DNA of 64,000 nt from a bacterium (GCA_021780535.1 JAJXYN010000009.1:224360-288359); one strand, 5' to 3'. Positions 30,091 through 41,180 are shown, numbered from the stretch's first letter. Notes: generated by a model not told the origin, from the letters alone. Numbers and translations are program-made.

Positions 30091-31806
30091 TTAAGACACT
30101 TCCCTTGTTTTAAAAACACTGAGGGCTATATTTGCTTCTTGAGAAATTTCTCTATTTTTTATACTCATATCAGAAATACTTGATATTGCAATATTTACTT
30201 CTTGAGTTCCAATTGTAATTTCCTCCATTGATCCACGAACTTCTGCAGATATTTCATTCAATGCCTTTATCTCCATTGTTATTTTTTCATTAAGTTTCAT
30301 AATGCTGTTAGCACTTTCTCTTACTGAAACAGAACTTTCATTTATCCCACTCAAATTTTCCAAAATTTGAGTGGAACCAGTAGTTTGTTCCTCCATTGCT
30401 GTATAAATTTGCTTTTCCAACACTGTTGTTGCTTTTAAACGATCTGTAACTATTTCAAAAGCTTTTTCTGCATCACTACTTGCTGTTGCAGTATCTTTTA
30501 TTGAACTTGCGATTTCTCTTAACATTGATTTAGTTTCTCTTGATTGTTTTGATGATTTCTCGGCGAGTTTTCTTATTTCATCTGCAACCACAGAAAATCC
30601 CTTACCTGAATCACCAGCGTGCGCAGCTTCAATGGCTGCATTCATAGCAAGAAGATTTGTTTGACTTGCAATATTTGCAATTATAACATTTGTTTCTTCT
30701 AGCCTTTCTGAATTTTGTGTTATTTTTGTAACGGTTTCTTTTACTCTATCAAGTTGTTTTTTGCCGTTTTCTGATGCAGATAATAATCCTTGATATTCTC
30801 TACTAAGATTTCCTACTATACCTGAAACCGCCTTAATATTTGCTACCATCTCTTCTATCGCAGAAGAAGATCCTTGAATGTGTTTAAACTGTTCTTCAAT
30901 GCGTTTAAAAAGTGTAGTAACATTTACATTCACCGCTTTAATAGTTTCTGCAGTGACATCTGAAGCATCTGATTGTTTATCAATTTCTTTTTTAATTGAT
31001 GAAATATTGGCAGTTATCTCATTAATAGAAGAAGCTGTTTCAATAGAACTGGCACTAAGACTATCACTAATATTTAAAAGCTTAGTAAATGATGTACGAG
31101 TTTTATTAATTATTAAAGAAAGTTTACCTTGAAAAATATTAAAAGAATTTGAAAGATCAGAAATTTCATTACTCCCTCTTATTGGGAGATCTTTTGTTAA
31201 ATCTCCTTCTCCTTTAGAAATTTCATGCATATTCCCATTAATAGCTGATATTGGTTTTATCACAATAATTGTTATAAGAAAATATACAAGAAAAGACATA
31301 ACTATACACATAACCAAAATCTGAATTATTATTGCATTAATTTCTTTTTTAAGAGATTCATTTATATATTCTGTTGTATATCTAACAAATAGAGTCCCTA
31401 TTGTTTTATCTTCGTGAATAATAGATTTCTCTATCTCTAATTCATTAACCTTTTTTGGCATAGAACCTGGCTCAAGTTCTATTATCTTTCCAGACTTATC
31501 TTTTATAAGACCTGCAAAAAAGGTTTTTTTATCATCATTCAACAATACATATATTCCAACTACAAGTTGTTCCCCCATCTCTGATTGTATTATTGCTTTT
31601 GCTGTTTCTGCGTTAAAATCCCATACACTTTCTGATACTGTTAATGCTAAACGAGTTTTTGTAGCACTAAGAGATGAATTTAGTCTGTTAACCAATTCTG
31701 TCCTTCTTTCCTGAAATTGAAAAAAACCAAAAATAGAAAAAATAAATATAATAAAAGAAACAGAAACTGTTATAAATAATCTACTAATTGATTTAGTGTG
31801 CTTCAT
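30091..31806 (-). CDS. Methyl-accepting chemotaxis protein
   Basis: Two TM helices, HAMP (GEGDLT...NEI), and [38 protein letters not shown]. Confidence 0.96.
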   Translation of the reverse strand: MKHTKSISRLFITVSVSFIIFIFSIFGFFQFQERRTELVNRLNSSLSATKTRLALTVSESVWDFNAETAKAIIQSEMGEQLVVGIYVLLNDDKKTFFAGLIKDKSGKIIELEPGSMPKKVNELEIEKSIIHEDKTIGTLFVRYTTEYINESLKKEINAIIIQILVMCIVMSFLVYFLITIIVIKPISAINGNMHEISKGEGDLTKDLPIRGSNEISDLSNSFNIFQGKLSLIINKTRTSFTKLLNISDSLSASSIETASSINEITANISSIKKEIDKQSDASDVTAETIKAVNVNVTTLFKRIEEQFKHIQGSSSAIEEMVANIKAVSGIVGNLSREYQGLLSASENGKKQLDRVKETVTKITQNSERLEETNVIIANIASQTNLLAMNAAIEAAHAGDSGKGFSVVADEIRKLAEKSSKQSRETKSMLREIASSIKDTATASSDAEKAFEIVTDRLKATTVLEKQIYTAMEEQTTGSTQILENLSGINESSVSVRESANSIMKLNEKITMEIKALNEISAEVRGSMEEITIGTQEVNIAISSISDMSIKNREISQEANIALSVFKTREVS

Positions 31807-31961
31807 GGTTTCCCTCCTATAAACAGAAACTTGTTAACGTTATATTATCCTTGCCAATATAAAAAGTCAATTCATATAATACATTTTAATAAAAAATAAT
31901 TATTTACAAAAACTACAAACTACATTAATCTTATAAAGACAATTTACAAAGGAGGATTAGA

Positions 31962-33074
31962 ATGATAAATATATTCGCTATAATAATGAAAAATAAAAAA
32001 ATATTTAAGGCTACAAATTTTTTTATGAATATATTATACGAAGAAAGATTAAGAAATAAATTATACATTCATGCTGTAATAATCACAATTATTGCACTAT
32101 CTATAGAGGTAGTAACTTTTTTACTACAATCTCCTAAAGATGTGTTGCCATATTTTATTAGATTATTGTTTATTTTTTTATTTGTTTTAATAATTTATAT
32201 TGCTAAAAGTAAAAAAATATATTTTATATTTTCATTTAATATGGCTATATTTTGTTTACTCGTGTACCTTTGGTTTCCGTCTGGTGGCATAAAAAGCATA
32301 ACAATGTTATTTATGTTTATGAATTTAATAATATCATGGCTATTTTTTTCAACAAATAAATTAAAAATCATTACATCAACATTATTACATATTGTAGCTA
32401 TATATTTCATGATTTTTACAGAATTATATCATCCAGAATGGGTAACAAATAAATTTCCAACAACGGAAAGCCTTTTACATTATTGGCTATCAGAAGTGTT
32501 TATTGGTTTTATTGTTGTTATTGGCTTTCTTGGTCCATTATTTAGAGAATCTCTTAAATATATTGAATCTAAAGAAGCTGAAATAGCAGAAGTAAAAAAA
32601 CTCGCACAGTACGATCCATTAACCAGTGCATTAACTAGATCATATATAGTAACACTTATGATTGCTGGCCAAAACGATAATCATCATAAATACACTTTAG
32701 CTTTTGTTGATTTGGATAAATTTAAACTAGTTAATGATAAACATGGGCATCTTATTGGTGATGAATTATTAATAATAATTGTGGCCTTTTTTAAGAAACA
32801 CCTTAGAGATGGTGATTGTGTTGCTAGGTGGGGTGGAGATGAATTTTTGATATTATTTAAAGATACAAATCCTAATATTGCATATCAAAGAATGGATGAT
32901 ATTAGAATGAAAATTTCAAAAGAAGAGTGGACTTCAAAAAAATTACACATCACAATTAGTGTTGGTATTGCAGAAATGGAAAGAAATAAGAATATTCAAG
33001 ATATTATTAAAAAAGCTGATGAAAATCTTTATCAATCAAAAGAAAATGGTAGAAATAGAGTATCTATGTTGTAA
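31962..33074 (+). CDS. Membrane-bound diguanylate cyclase
   Basis: TM region; DLDKFKLVNDKHGH, RDGD I-site, RWGGDEF, SKENGRN. Confidence 0.95.
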   Translation: MINIFAIIMKNKKIFKATNFFMNILYEERLRNKLYIHAVIITIIALSIEVVTFLLQSPKDVLPYFIRLLFIFLFVLIIYIAKSKKIYFIFSFNMAIFCLLVYLWFPSGGIKSITMLFMFMNLIISWLFFSTNKLKIITSTLLHIVAIYFMIFTELYHPEWVTNKFPTTESLLHYWLSEVFIGFIVVIGFLGPLFRESLKYIESKEAEIAEVKKLAQYDPLTSALTRSYIVTLMIAGQNDNHHKYTLAFVDLDKFKLVNDKHGHLIGDELLIIIVAFFKKHLRDGDCVARWGGDEFLILFKDTNPNIAYQRMDDIRMKISKEEWTSKKLHITISVGIAEMERNKNIQDIIKKADENLYQSKENGRNRVSML

Positions 33075-33324
33075 ATACGTTTCAACAACTCTGGCTAACA
33101 TGAAAGTGTTAGCCTTATTTTATTTATATTTATTTAGAATAATAATATAGGTTTATATTATTTTTTATAATTTATTTTTCAAATTTTTCAATATTATGAT
33201 ATTGTTTTTGTATATTTAATTCAATTTCTTATGGGTACAAAAAAATATGCAGTGTTAGTGCATATTTTAAAGCTGGCACCATTCTGGCACACAAATTTTT
33301 AGACTTGCTTTACTCGTCAAAATT

Positions 33325-33378
33325 TGGAGCTCGTTTGTAGAGGACGTTAGAACTAATTTAGCTAATATACACCAGTAG
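33325..33378 (+). other. Left att junction carrying the displaced 3' end of the recombinase gene
   Basis: TGG AGC TCG TTT GTA GAG GAC GTT AGA ACT...CAG TAG = WSSFVEDVRTNLANIHQ*, in frame with recombinase codons W538-S539. Confidence 0.7.
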
Positions 33379-33446
33379 TTCTCACTATATTGATATTATT
33401 TTATATTAAAGTAAAATTATAGTTATTAGATAAATAATTATAAAAT

Positions 33447-34868
33447 ATGGACAATGAAGAATTATTAGACAAAATACTTCAAGATAAAATTGAGAATGAA
33501 ATAATAGAATTCAAGGAAGCTAAAAATAATTTTGATTTAGATGATTTAGGAAAATATTTTTCTGCATTAAGCAATGAAGCTAATTTAAATAACGCAAACA
33601 ATGCGTATCTTGTATTTGGTATTGATGATAATAAAAAAATAGTTGGGACAACTTGGAAAGATAGTGAAAAGGAAATAAATAAATTAAAAATGTTTATTTC
33701 TGAACATACTGCTAATTCAATTACATTTGAAAATATAATAGTAATAACAAAAGATAAAAAGAGGGTTTTGATATTTGAAATATCTCCAACACCAATAGGA
33801 ATACCAATGTCTTGGAAGGGGCATTTTTATGGCAGAAATGGAGAAAGTTTAGTCCCATTAAATATTGATAAAATAGAAAAAATTAGAAAACAAACAAAAA
33901 TATCATTTGAAAAAGAGATATCAACTGATAATCTAACGGAGGATGAAGTTCTTGGATTACTTGATTATTCAAAATATTTTAGTTTATTAAGCTTCCCCAC
34001 ACCTAAAACAAGAGAAGGCATAACAAGAAAATTGATTGATGATGGTTTTGTTGTTAGAGATGGAAATAGTTTTAAGATAAAAAATTTAGGAGCTATCCTT
34101 TTAGCTAATAATTTAAATGATTTTGAAAAAGTAAAAAGAAAAAAAATAAGAATTATATTATATAAAGGAAAAAATAAAATTGAAACAATAAGAGAAATAG
34201 AGATACAAAAAGGTTATGCTGTTGGTTTTACTGATATAGTTAACAATATAAACACTATATTACCGTCTAATGAAGAGATTTCAAAATTTTTAAGAACAGA
34301 AAAAAAGATGTATCCAGAAATAGCCATAAGAGAATTACTAGCAAACTCATTAGTGCATCAGGATTTCACAGTAACAGGAACAGCACCTATGATTGAAATA
34401 TTTGATGATAGAATAGAGATAACAAACCCAGGAAGTCCCTTAATAGATATAAATAGATTTATAGACCACCATCCACAATCTAGAAATGAAGGCGTTGCCA
34501 ATATAATGAGAATGATAAATATTTGTGAAGAAAGAGGTAGTGGAATAGATAAAGTAATAGCCAGTATAGAGGTATATCAATTACCACCATTAAAAATAGA
34601 AAAATATGAAAATTTTACAAAAGTGATACTCTATTCTGATAAAAGATTATCTTATATGGACAAGAATGATAAAATAAGAGCTTGCTATCAACACTGTTGT
34701 TTAAAGTATGTTGGTAACGAAATAATGACAAATGCCACATTAAGAGAGAGACTTGGAATAAAAAGTGAAAACTATTCTACCGTTTCTAGAATAATAAGAG
34801 ATACTATAGAACAGGGCTTAATAAAAGAATATAAAAATAAGGAATATATACCATTTTGGGCTTCTTGA
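33447..34868 (+). CDS. AlbA_2/Schlafen-domain protein with HATPase_c_4 (RecG C-terminal-like) domain
   Basis: ENEIIEFKE, SALSN, LVFGIDD; AIRELLANSLVHQD, DRIEITNPG, SRN, EERGSG. Confidence 0.88.
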   Translation: MDNEELLDKILQDKIENEIIEFKEAKNNFDLDDLGKYFSALSNEANLNNANNAYLVFGIDDNKKIVGTTWKDSEKEINKLKMFISEHTANSITFENIIVITKDKKRVLIFEISPTPIGIPMSWKGHFYGRNGESLVPLNIDKIEKIRKQTKISFEKEISTDNLTEDEVLGLLDYSKYFSLLSFPTPKTREGITRKLIDDGFVVRDGNSFKIKNLGAILLANNLNDFEKVKRKKIRIILYKGKNKIETIREIEIQKGYAVGFTDIVNNINTILPSNEEISKFLRTEKKMYPEIAIRELLANSLVHQDFTVTGTAPMIEIFDDRIEITNPGSPLIDINRFIDHHPQSRNEGVANIMRMINICEERGSGIDKVIASIEVYQLPPLKIEKYENFTKVILYSDKRLSYMDKNDKIRACYQHCCLKYVGNEIMTNATLRERLGIKSENYSTVSRIIRDTIEQGLIKEYKNKEYIPFWAS

Positions 34869-34984
34869 TGTGATTTTATATATAACAATATAAAACAATA
34901 TAAAAAAAATATGCTAATTTTAGCATATTTTTTATGTGACTGGAATGTGATTTTAATAAATTATTATCTAAAATAAGGTATTTT

Positions 34985-35446
34985 TTATTTAAACTCATTA
35001 ACAATAAATTTATGTATATTTTTATCTTTTATTTTTCTTAAATATTTTAATAGCAAATCATAAGCTTTGTGTTCTTTATTCTTAGACCAAACAATATTAT
35101 TATCCTCTCTTATTATATCTGAACTTAAAAAGTTTTTTAAAACATCTAAATCTGAGAAATAAGGCACTATGAGTTTATCAAATACTGTATTGTAGTGAGC
35201 ACCCCAACTACACTCTATAAAATGTTTTAGTAACTTTTCTGAATTGTAATTTACTATACATTTTAGAGCTAATTTATCTGCATAGATACAATCAGAATAT
35301 AACACTAAAAAATCATCATCTTTCCCTAATAGTTTTATTATACTACTAAAACTAAAACCACAATTTAGACAACCATTTTCAGTGTCTTGCAAAGTAATTT
35401 TTGTATCACATTTTGGACAAATTAAATATTTTTCAAAAATACCCAT
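34985..35446 (-). CDS. Hypothetical protein with N-terminal zinc ribbon
   Basis: CPKC...CLNC. Confidence 0.7.
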   Translation of the reverse strand: MGIFEKYLICPKCDTKITLQDTENGCLNCGFSFSSIIKLLGKDDDFLVLYSDCIYADKLALKCIVNYNSEKLLKHFIECSWGAHYNTVFDKLIVPYFSDLDVLKNFLSSDIIREDNNIVWSKNKEHKAYDLLLKYLRKIKDKNIHKFIVNEFK

Positions 35447-35456
35447 TTTTATTAAA

Positions 35457-35741
35457 TTATTTTATTGGACTAAATATATCTTTTTGTTTTTTATATTGTT
35501 GTTCTTGGATAGCTTCTAAACTTTTTTCCATTATCTTCTTTCTATAAGCTAGTATCTCTTCTCTATAAAAAAGAAAGTAATTTAGTTTAGCATTTTTAGA
35601 ATAATCTGCTAATTGTTCTAAGTCATTAGCTAAAGCCTCTATTCTTTTTACTGTTTTTTCTGCTTTTTTTATTATTATATCCTGCTTCTTTAGAAATACT
35701 TTTTCATTTTTTTCTATTTGGTCAAATCTTCTTGGTGGCAT
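35457..35741 (-). CDS. Hypothetical protein
   Basis: 94-aa ORF packed tightly in the operon. Confidence 0.65.
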   Translation of the reverse strand: MPPRRFDQIEKNEKVFLKKQDIIIKKAEKTVKRIEALANDLEQLADYSKNAKLNYFLFYREEILAYRKKIMEKSLEAIQEQQYKKQKDIFSPIK

Positions 35742-35759
35742 ATTCTTTTATTATTATAA

Positions 35760-37229
35760 TTATATATTATTTAAATAATTCAATATCTTAACCATAGCAA
35801 GCGTATCAAGATGACAATAAGTAGTTAAATCCTTATGTATTTTATCTCTATCTTCCTGAGTAAATCTTTCTTCTAATATCATCTCTCTCCAACTATTTGA
35901 AGCCGTCATTCCTTCTTTAATATTAAGCTCTTTGTATGATAATTCTGGAACAAGTATTGGGAGAACTTTTTTAATAGACCAACTTCCGTGAAATCTTCCG
36001 TCTACATAATAAGCATCGTGGAATATGTCCATTAAATCAAATACTCTTTCATTTACATTTAACAAGAAATTATTGTAATTAGGATATCTTTCAGCCATTT
36101 CTCTATTACAACCCATTTCAAAAGATTTATTCCATACAATTACGCTCCCATTATCATCTTTTATTATTTCTTTTAATGTTTTAACTAAATCTATAGAAGG
36201 GTCAGTATTTTCTTTTCCTAGAAATTCAAAATGTTCTAATTCTGAATATGGGGTTTGTTGTATGTGTAATGAATATTGAAATACAACTCTTTGGTATGGC
36301 TTATATCCATTAAACATAGGAATAGCTGGGTTTAAAGTTTCGTAATCAAGAAAATATAAAGGATATTTTAATTTAGATAATTCTTCCTTTATTTTATCTT
36401 TCTCTATATGAGGTTTTCCTGTATTTAAACTCTCTACATAGTATTTCTTTAAATCATTTGTAAGATAACTATCAGGTATATCTTTAGCGTGTATTATTCC
36501 TTCATCAATTAAATTCATTAACTTATTCTCTCTGAATTGAAAGTTATAAATACTATCATCAGGAATATCTTTTTGGCAGTAATCTATAAAATTACAAGTT
36601 TCTGGATTTTTACATTGAGAAAGTATTTCAACATTAAGTTCTTCTTTAAATGTAAGAACTTCTTTTAATTTACTTATTTCATTTTTAACTTCTTCTAGTT
36701 TTTCTATAACTTCTATAGTCTTGTTTTCAATACTAAAATATTGATTTATATCTATTTCACCATTTCTAATATATTGATTATTAACGTGAACTACATAAGT
36801 TTCACCAATACTTAATCCTTGTTTTTCTAATACAATCTTTTGAAAAGCTAAATCTTTAATATGTTGTTTATCTACTTCTGTAGTAGCTTTAATTTCATAT
36901 ATATCAAACTTATTTGTTTCGTTATTAAATTTTAATATATCAGAACGACAATATAACTCATCAACAATAAAAGTGGCTTGATGAATGATTTTAGCACCTT
37001 CTTTAATATATTTTTCTGTTTCTAAGCTACCTTGAAGTTTATCCTCTGTAATTATCTTATCTTTACTATCAAATAACTTATATGCGAGAGTTTCAACTTG
37101 ATATCCTTCTTCTATTTTAAGTTGTTCATTTTTATCTGGAGGTAATACTAAATCTGGTCTATTGATAAATAGCCAAGCAAATTTAGGACATTGTATAAAA
37201 CGTAGATAGTCGGATTTTGTTATTAACAT
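35760..37229 (-). CDS. DUF2779-family predicted nuclease
   Basis: ITKS..QCPK, D..IYEIK (PD-(D/E)xK-like), DLAFQ, LYFLDYET, PYQ..FQYSLH, SIKKVLP, YCHLDT. Confidence 0.85.
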   Translation of the reverse strand: MLITKSDYLRFIQCPKFAWLFINRPDLVLPPDKNEQLKIEEGYQVETLAYKLFDSKDKIITEDKLQGSLETEKYIKEGAKIIHQATFIVDELYCRSDILKFNNETNKFDIYEIKATTEVDKQHIKDLAFQKIVLEKQGLSIGETYVVHVNNQYIRNGEIDINQYFSIENKTIEVIEKLEEVKNEISKLKEVLTFKEELNVEILSQCKNPETCNFIDYCQKDIPDDSIYNFQFRENKLMNLIDEGIIHAKDIPDSYLTNDLKKYYVESLNTGKPHIEKDKIKEELSKLKYPLYFLDYETLNPAIPMFNGYKPYQRVVFQYSLHIQQTPYSELEHFEFLGKENTDPSIDLVKTLKEIIKDDNGSVIVWNKSFEMGCNREMAERYPNYNNFLLNVNERVFDLMDIFHDAYYVDGRFHGSWSIKKVLPILVPELSYKELNIKEGMTASNSWREMILEERFTQEDRDKIHKDLTTYCHLDTLAMVKILNYLNNI

Positions 37230-39473
37230 TTAGTTTAAACTTATAAGATTGCCGTTACTAACTTCATATACATCATTTGTGTTTAATTTAAATAATCTAC
37301 CGTTTTCTTTTGGTATAACTATACCACCAAATAATTTATTATTTCCAGCTTCTTTTATATATTCCTGTAGGGCTTCTGCTTTTAACTTTGTTTCTAATTG
37401 TTCTGCTGTTATTCCTTCTTTTGTATCAAAAATACCAATTCTTTCATCTTTATATTTTACTATAAAATCTGGATAAAAACCTTTTAGCTCATTATTCATT
37501 TTATAAGTTATTCCAAAAAATATTTTATTTCCTTGTCCATTTTTAAACCACCACTCAATCTCACTACTTTGTTCCAAATAATTATTTATAAAGTCATTTT
37601 CAGTTTTCCATTTATTATCTAAAAAACAAGGACTTAATATACATTTATCAAAATTGTTTTCATTAAACGTATCTGGGTATGATAAATATTCCGGTACGTT
37701 AAATATTGTTTCAATAGGTTCTTTTATTTTTATTTCTCTTGATTTTATATATTCATCTTTTGATTTATTTATTAAATCTATAAAAAAACTCTGATTTGTT
37801 AATACGATACTTTGTATATCTAATCTACTTTTATTTTGTTCTTCAAATCCAAGATATTTTTCAAAAAGTTCATATATTGATTGCTCTAATATCCCAGTAG
37901 ACCTAGATTGTTGAAATGGAGCACATAAAGAGCTTAAAAATGAGTAAAATAATACTTTTACATATGAATATGATTGTTTAAATTCTTCTTTTTTATCACC
38001 ACTCAAAAAGATTTTGTTATCTATTTCATCTATATTTGAAAATCCTAAATTTGTTATAATTTTTGTATTTAGTTCTTTATTAAAATCAATAAATTTATTT
38101 GCTATGTTTATGTTTTCTTTACTTTTTTCTATATCATAAAATCCATTTATTTTATTAAAAAACTCTTTATGTAAAAATGGTCTAAATTCTAACTTTAAAT
38201 CATTGTAATCAATTCTAGGTAAATAGTATGATTTTAGATTTATGTTTGAGTATAAATTTTTTCTTTTTGCTTCTTTTCTTTTTATGTATTCTTGGGCAAC
38301 ACCTTCAGCAATAGAAATATTTTCTATATTTGTATATAAATAAGCTTTATTTAAATCTTCATTTTGGTAATGCTTTAGTTCTGGCATTCTCATTATTCTA
38401 CCAACTGTTTGTATTTCAAAAATTTGACTTCCTGTTTCTCTGAATTTAATTAAAATTTGAGCCCTTGGACAATCCCAACCAGTCGCTATTGCTTGTTTAA
38501 AGATTAAAGCATCTATAATACTGCTATTTCTATCTATTTCTTCTAAATTCACTTTATCTTCTGAAAGCCACAAAGATAATCTTTTATTTTCTTCTGTTAT
38601 ATTAAATTTATTTTTTAAAATATCTTTAATTTCATCAATTTTTTGTTTGTCTAAATCACTTAAAGTACTCTTTTCATTTGGTAATTGAATTAAAATAAGA
38701 GGATTTATATTAGAATTATTTTTTAAATATAAATCTTTTAAATATTTTTGTTTTTTAATAGCTTCCTCTATTATTGCTTCATCTATAATTAAATTTCTAT
38801 CATTTTTTAACTCTGGATTTATAATAACTTCTTTTTTTATCATTTGTTCATCAATAACATCCTGTAATTCTACGTCAACATTCGGGTTTTCTTCTGGTGT
38901 TGCGGAAATATCTATTTGTAGTTTTGGTTGAATAATTTCATCTATTATTTTTTTACTATCTATCGTCATATGTAAATGACTTTCGTCTATAATAAGAATA
39001 ATTGTTCTACCTTCATCTTTTGCGTTTGTTATAAAATTTTTTAAATTTCTGTTATATTCATTATCCGCCATAAAAATATTAGTATAATCACCAGATTGTA
39101 TACCTTTTTCAGGATTATCCTGTTTTGCTTTATTTCTTATTTTTTCCCAATTTATAAAAAGTATCTCATTTTGTTTTAATATATTATCTTGGACATCTTC
39201 TAAATTTGAAAACTTAAAAACACCATTATTTATTATAGATTGAAGTCTATTTTTACTTTGATTATGTAATTCGTGTATAGATAACCAAACAAAGCTAAAA
39301 TTACCTTGTATTTCTTTAGTAAATCTTTCTAGATATTTTGCTATCATAACTGTTTTTCCAGAGCCGGTAGGAGCTTTAAATACTATTTTTCTGTTATCAT
39401 TTTTATTTAAAAATTTCACAGTCTCTTCAAAAAGTTCGTTTATAGCTTTTATTTGATAATTTTTTAATTCCAT
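37230..39473 (-). CDS. res: Type III restriction enzyme Res subunit
   Basis: APTGSGKT, IIDESH, GWDCPRA, QTVGRIMR, C-terminal FYPDF...DTK nuclease motif. Confidence 0.9.
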   Translation of the reverse strand: MELKNYQIKAINELFEETVKFLNKNDNRKIVFKAPTGSGKTVMIAKYLERFTKEIQGNFSFVWLSIHELHNQSKNRLQSIINNGVFKFSNLEDVQDNILKQNEILFINWEKIRNKAKQDNPEKGIQSGDYTNIFMADNEYNRNLKNFITNAKDEGRTIILIIDESHLHMTIDSKKIIDEIIQPKLQIDISATPEENPNVDVELQDVIDEQMIKKEVIINPELKNDRNLIIDEAIIEEAIKKQKYLKDLYLKNNSNINPLILIQLPNEKSTLSDLDKQKIDEIKDILKNKFNITEENKRLSLWLSEDKVNLEEIDRNSSIIDALIFKQAIATGWDCPRAQILIKFRETGSQIFEIQTVGRIMRMPELKHYQNEDLNKAYLYTNIENISIAEGVAQEYIKRKEAKRKNLYSNINLKSYYLPRIDYNDLKLEFRPFLHKEFFNKINGFYDIEKSKENINIANKFIDFNKELNTKIITNLGFSNIDEIDNKIFLSGDKKEEFKQSYSYVKVLFYSFLSSLCAPFQQSRSTGILEQSIYELFEKYLGFEEQNKSRLDIQSIVLTNQSFFIDLINKSKDEYIKSREIKIKEPIETIFNVPEYLSYPDTFNENNFDKCILSPCFLDNKWKTENDFINNYLEQSSEIEWWFKNGQGNKIFFGITYKMNNELKGFYPDFIVKYKDERIGIFDTKEGITAEQLETKLKAEALQEYIKEAGNNKLFGGIVIPKENGRLFKLNTNDVYEVSNGNLISLN

Positions 39474-39476
39474 ATT

Positions 39477-41180
39477 TTAAAAATTAAATATCTTCTTATA
39501 TGTTTCTAGTATTGGGTCTGGTATATCTTCCAATTCCAAATTCAAATTTAAATGTTCCAATTCTTGTTTAAAATTTATTTTTGATGGAGAAAATATATAC
39601 ATTTTAATCTTCTTATGTTCTAATTTTAATAAGTCTTTTTTAAATTCATCAAACATAAATAAATCAAATAAAATAGCTAGATAGATATCTTTATTTTGAT
39701 AAATTTTTATCATTTTTCCATTTTTTACAACACTAAAACAATCCTCTTTTAAACAAAGAATTTCTGTTGACCTATTAACCATTTTTTTTCTTAAGTCATC
39801 TGTTATTTTATCTAAATTTATAAAATCTGTTTTTAAATATTTTAGATTTCCTTTGAGGGCTTTTATTGTTTTGCCCTTTTTGTTTTTATAGCCCTCTATT
39901 ACTTTTTTTATTCTTAAATAACATATATCTTCGCATATTTTATGTTCAGATTTTTCATCGCCATTATTTGTACATAGTATAAATTTTCTATTCCCATTAT
40001 CTTCATTATTTAATTCCAAAACAGCTTGTCCCGTTGTTCCTGAACCAGCAAAAAAATCTAAAACAGTTATGTTATTATTTTTATTTGTAATTGAAATTAA
40101 ATGTTTAATAAGTTCTTTTGGTTTAGAAAAAGGAAAATCAATATCTAGTTTAATAAGTTCTTTTGAGCCCATAGAGTTTGGCATATCAATAAAAGTAAGT
40201 GGCTTCATACCAGCTTCTTGTCTTTCGTGTAAATAAATTTTTGTGTAAACATTCCATATAGACCTTTTACCACTCTCATCTATTAAAGGAGATGTTTTTG
40301 TTTTTAGAAAAACAACTCTATTTTCTTCTAATTTTGATTTAAATGTAGATGGTATCCATCTAAACATTTTATTTTCAAAAGGAGTTGTAACCTTTGTTCC
40401 GTCTGGGCACTCTATAAAATATCTCTGATTTGGACGTTTATCTAGACTTGGCATATATAAAGATACTAAATTATATTTTCCTCTATCATCTGAATATTTA
40501 AATAATTTTATATATTCAGAACTTTCTTGAGCTTCAGCATCGTTAAATTCTTCTAATAAATCTATATTTTTTGCATAACAAAGAATGTAATCTGTTGAGG
40601 GAGAAAAAAATCTACCCTTATTACTTGTTTCTTTTTGTTTTCTAACTACATTTGCTAAAAAATTTTGTTCTCCAAATATTTCATCGCATAATATCTTTAA
40701 TTGATACAATTCATCATCTCCAATTGAAATAAATATAACCCCATTATTATTTAGAAGTTCCTTAGCTAATTTCAATCTTTTATTCATAAAAGATAACCAC
40801 TTAGAATGTCTAAATCTATCTTCTTTATCAACAAATACATCATTATAAATGAAATCTTTATTCCCAGTATTGTATGGTGGGTCAATATATATAACATCTA
40901 TTTTTTCTTTATGTGTATAGCTTAACACAGACAAAGAATGATAATTATCTCCTTCTATAAGTATGTTCATACTATCATTTATATCAGATATTACATCATT
41001 ATAATTATCTTTTTTCTTCTCACTTAAAACAGGAAGGGATATTTCAGATTGTTTTTCAAAAATCTCTTTTTTATCTTCCCATATTAAACCATACCTCTTA
41101 TTTTTTTTAACAGTTTTTATTTGTTTTTTTAACTTTTCTATCTCATTTAATAATTCTTGTTCTTTTTGATTGTTTTGCAT
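39477..41180 (-). CDS. mod: Type III R-M adenine methyltransferase Mod
   Basis: YGLIWE, LIEGDN, YIDPPY, LDFFAGSGTTG; start probably ATG at 41180 (alternative GTG at 41195). Confidence 0.92.
   Translation of the reverse strand: MQNNQKEQELLNEIEKLKKQIKTVKKNKRYGLIWEDKKEIFEKQSEISLPVLSEKKKDNYNDVISDINDSMNILIEGDNYHSLSVLSYTHKEKIDVIYIDPPYNTGNKDFIYNDVFVDKEDRFRHSKWLSFMNKRLKLAKELLNNNGVIFISIGDDELYQLKILCDEIFGEQNFLANVVRKQKETSNKGRFFSPSTDYILCYAKNIDLLEEFNDAEAQESSEYIKLFKYSDDRGKYNLVSLYMPSLDKRPNQRYFIECPDGTKVTTPFENKMFRWIPSTFKSKLEENRVVFLKTKTSPLIDESGKRSIWNVYTKIYLHERQEAGMKPLTFIDMPNSMGSKELIKLDIDFPFSKPKELIKHLISITNKNNNITVLDFFAGSGTTGQAVLELNNEDNGNRKFILCTNNGDEKSEHKICEDICYLRIKKVIEGYKNKKGKTIKALKGNLKYLKTDFINLDKITDDLRKKMVNRSTEILCLKEDCFSVVKNGKMIKIYQNKDIYLAILFDLFMFDEFKKDLLKLEHKKIKMYIFSPSKINFKQELEHLNLNLELEDIPDPILETYKKIFNF

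Noticed and set aside
27797-33115. AAC...GTT hairpins after the small genes read as integron attC sites
   Set aside because: Too short, poor fit to RYYYAAC/GTTRRRY, T tracts typical of terminators, and no integron integrase in the window
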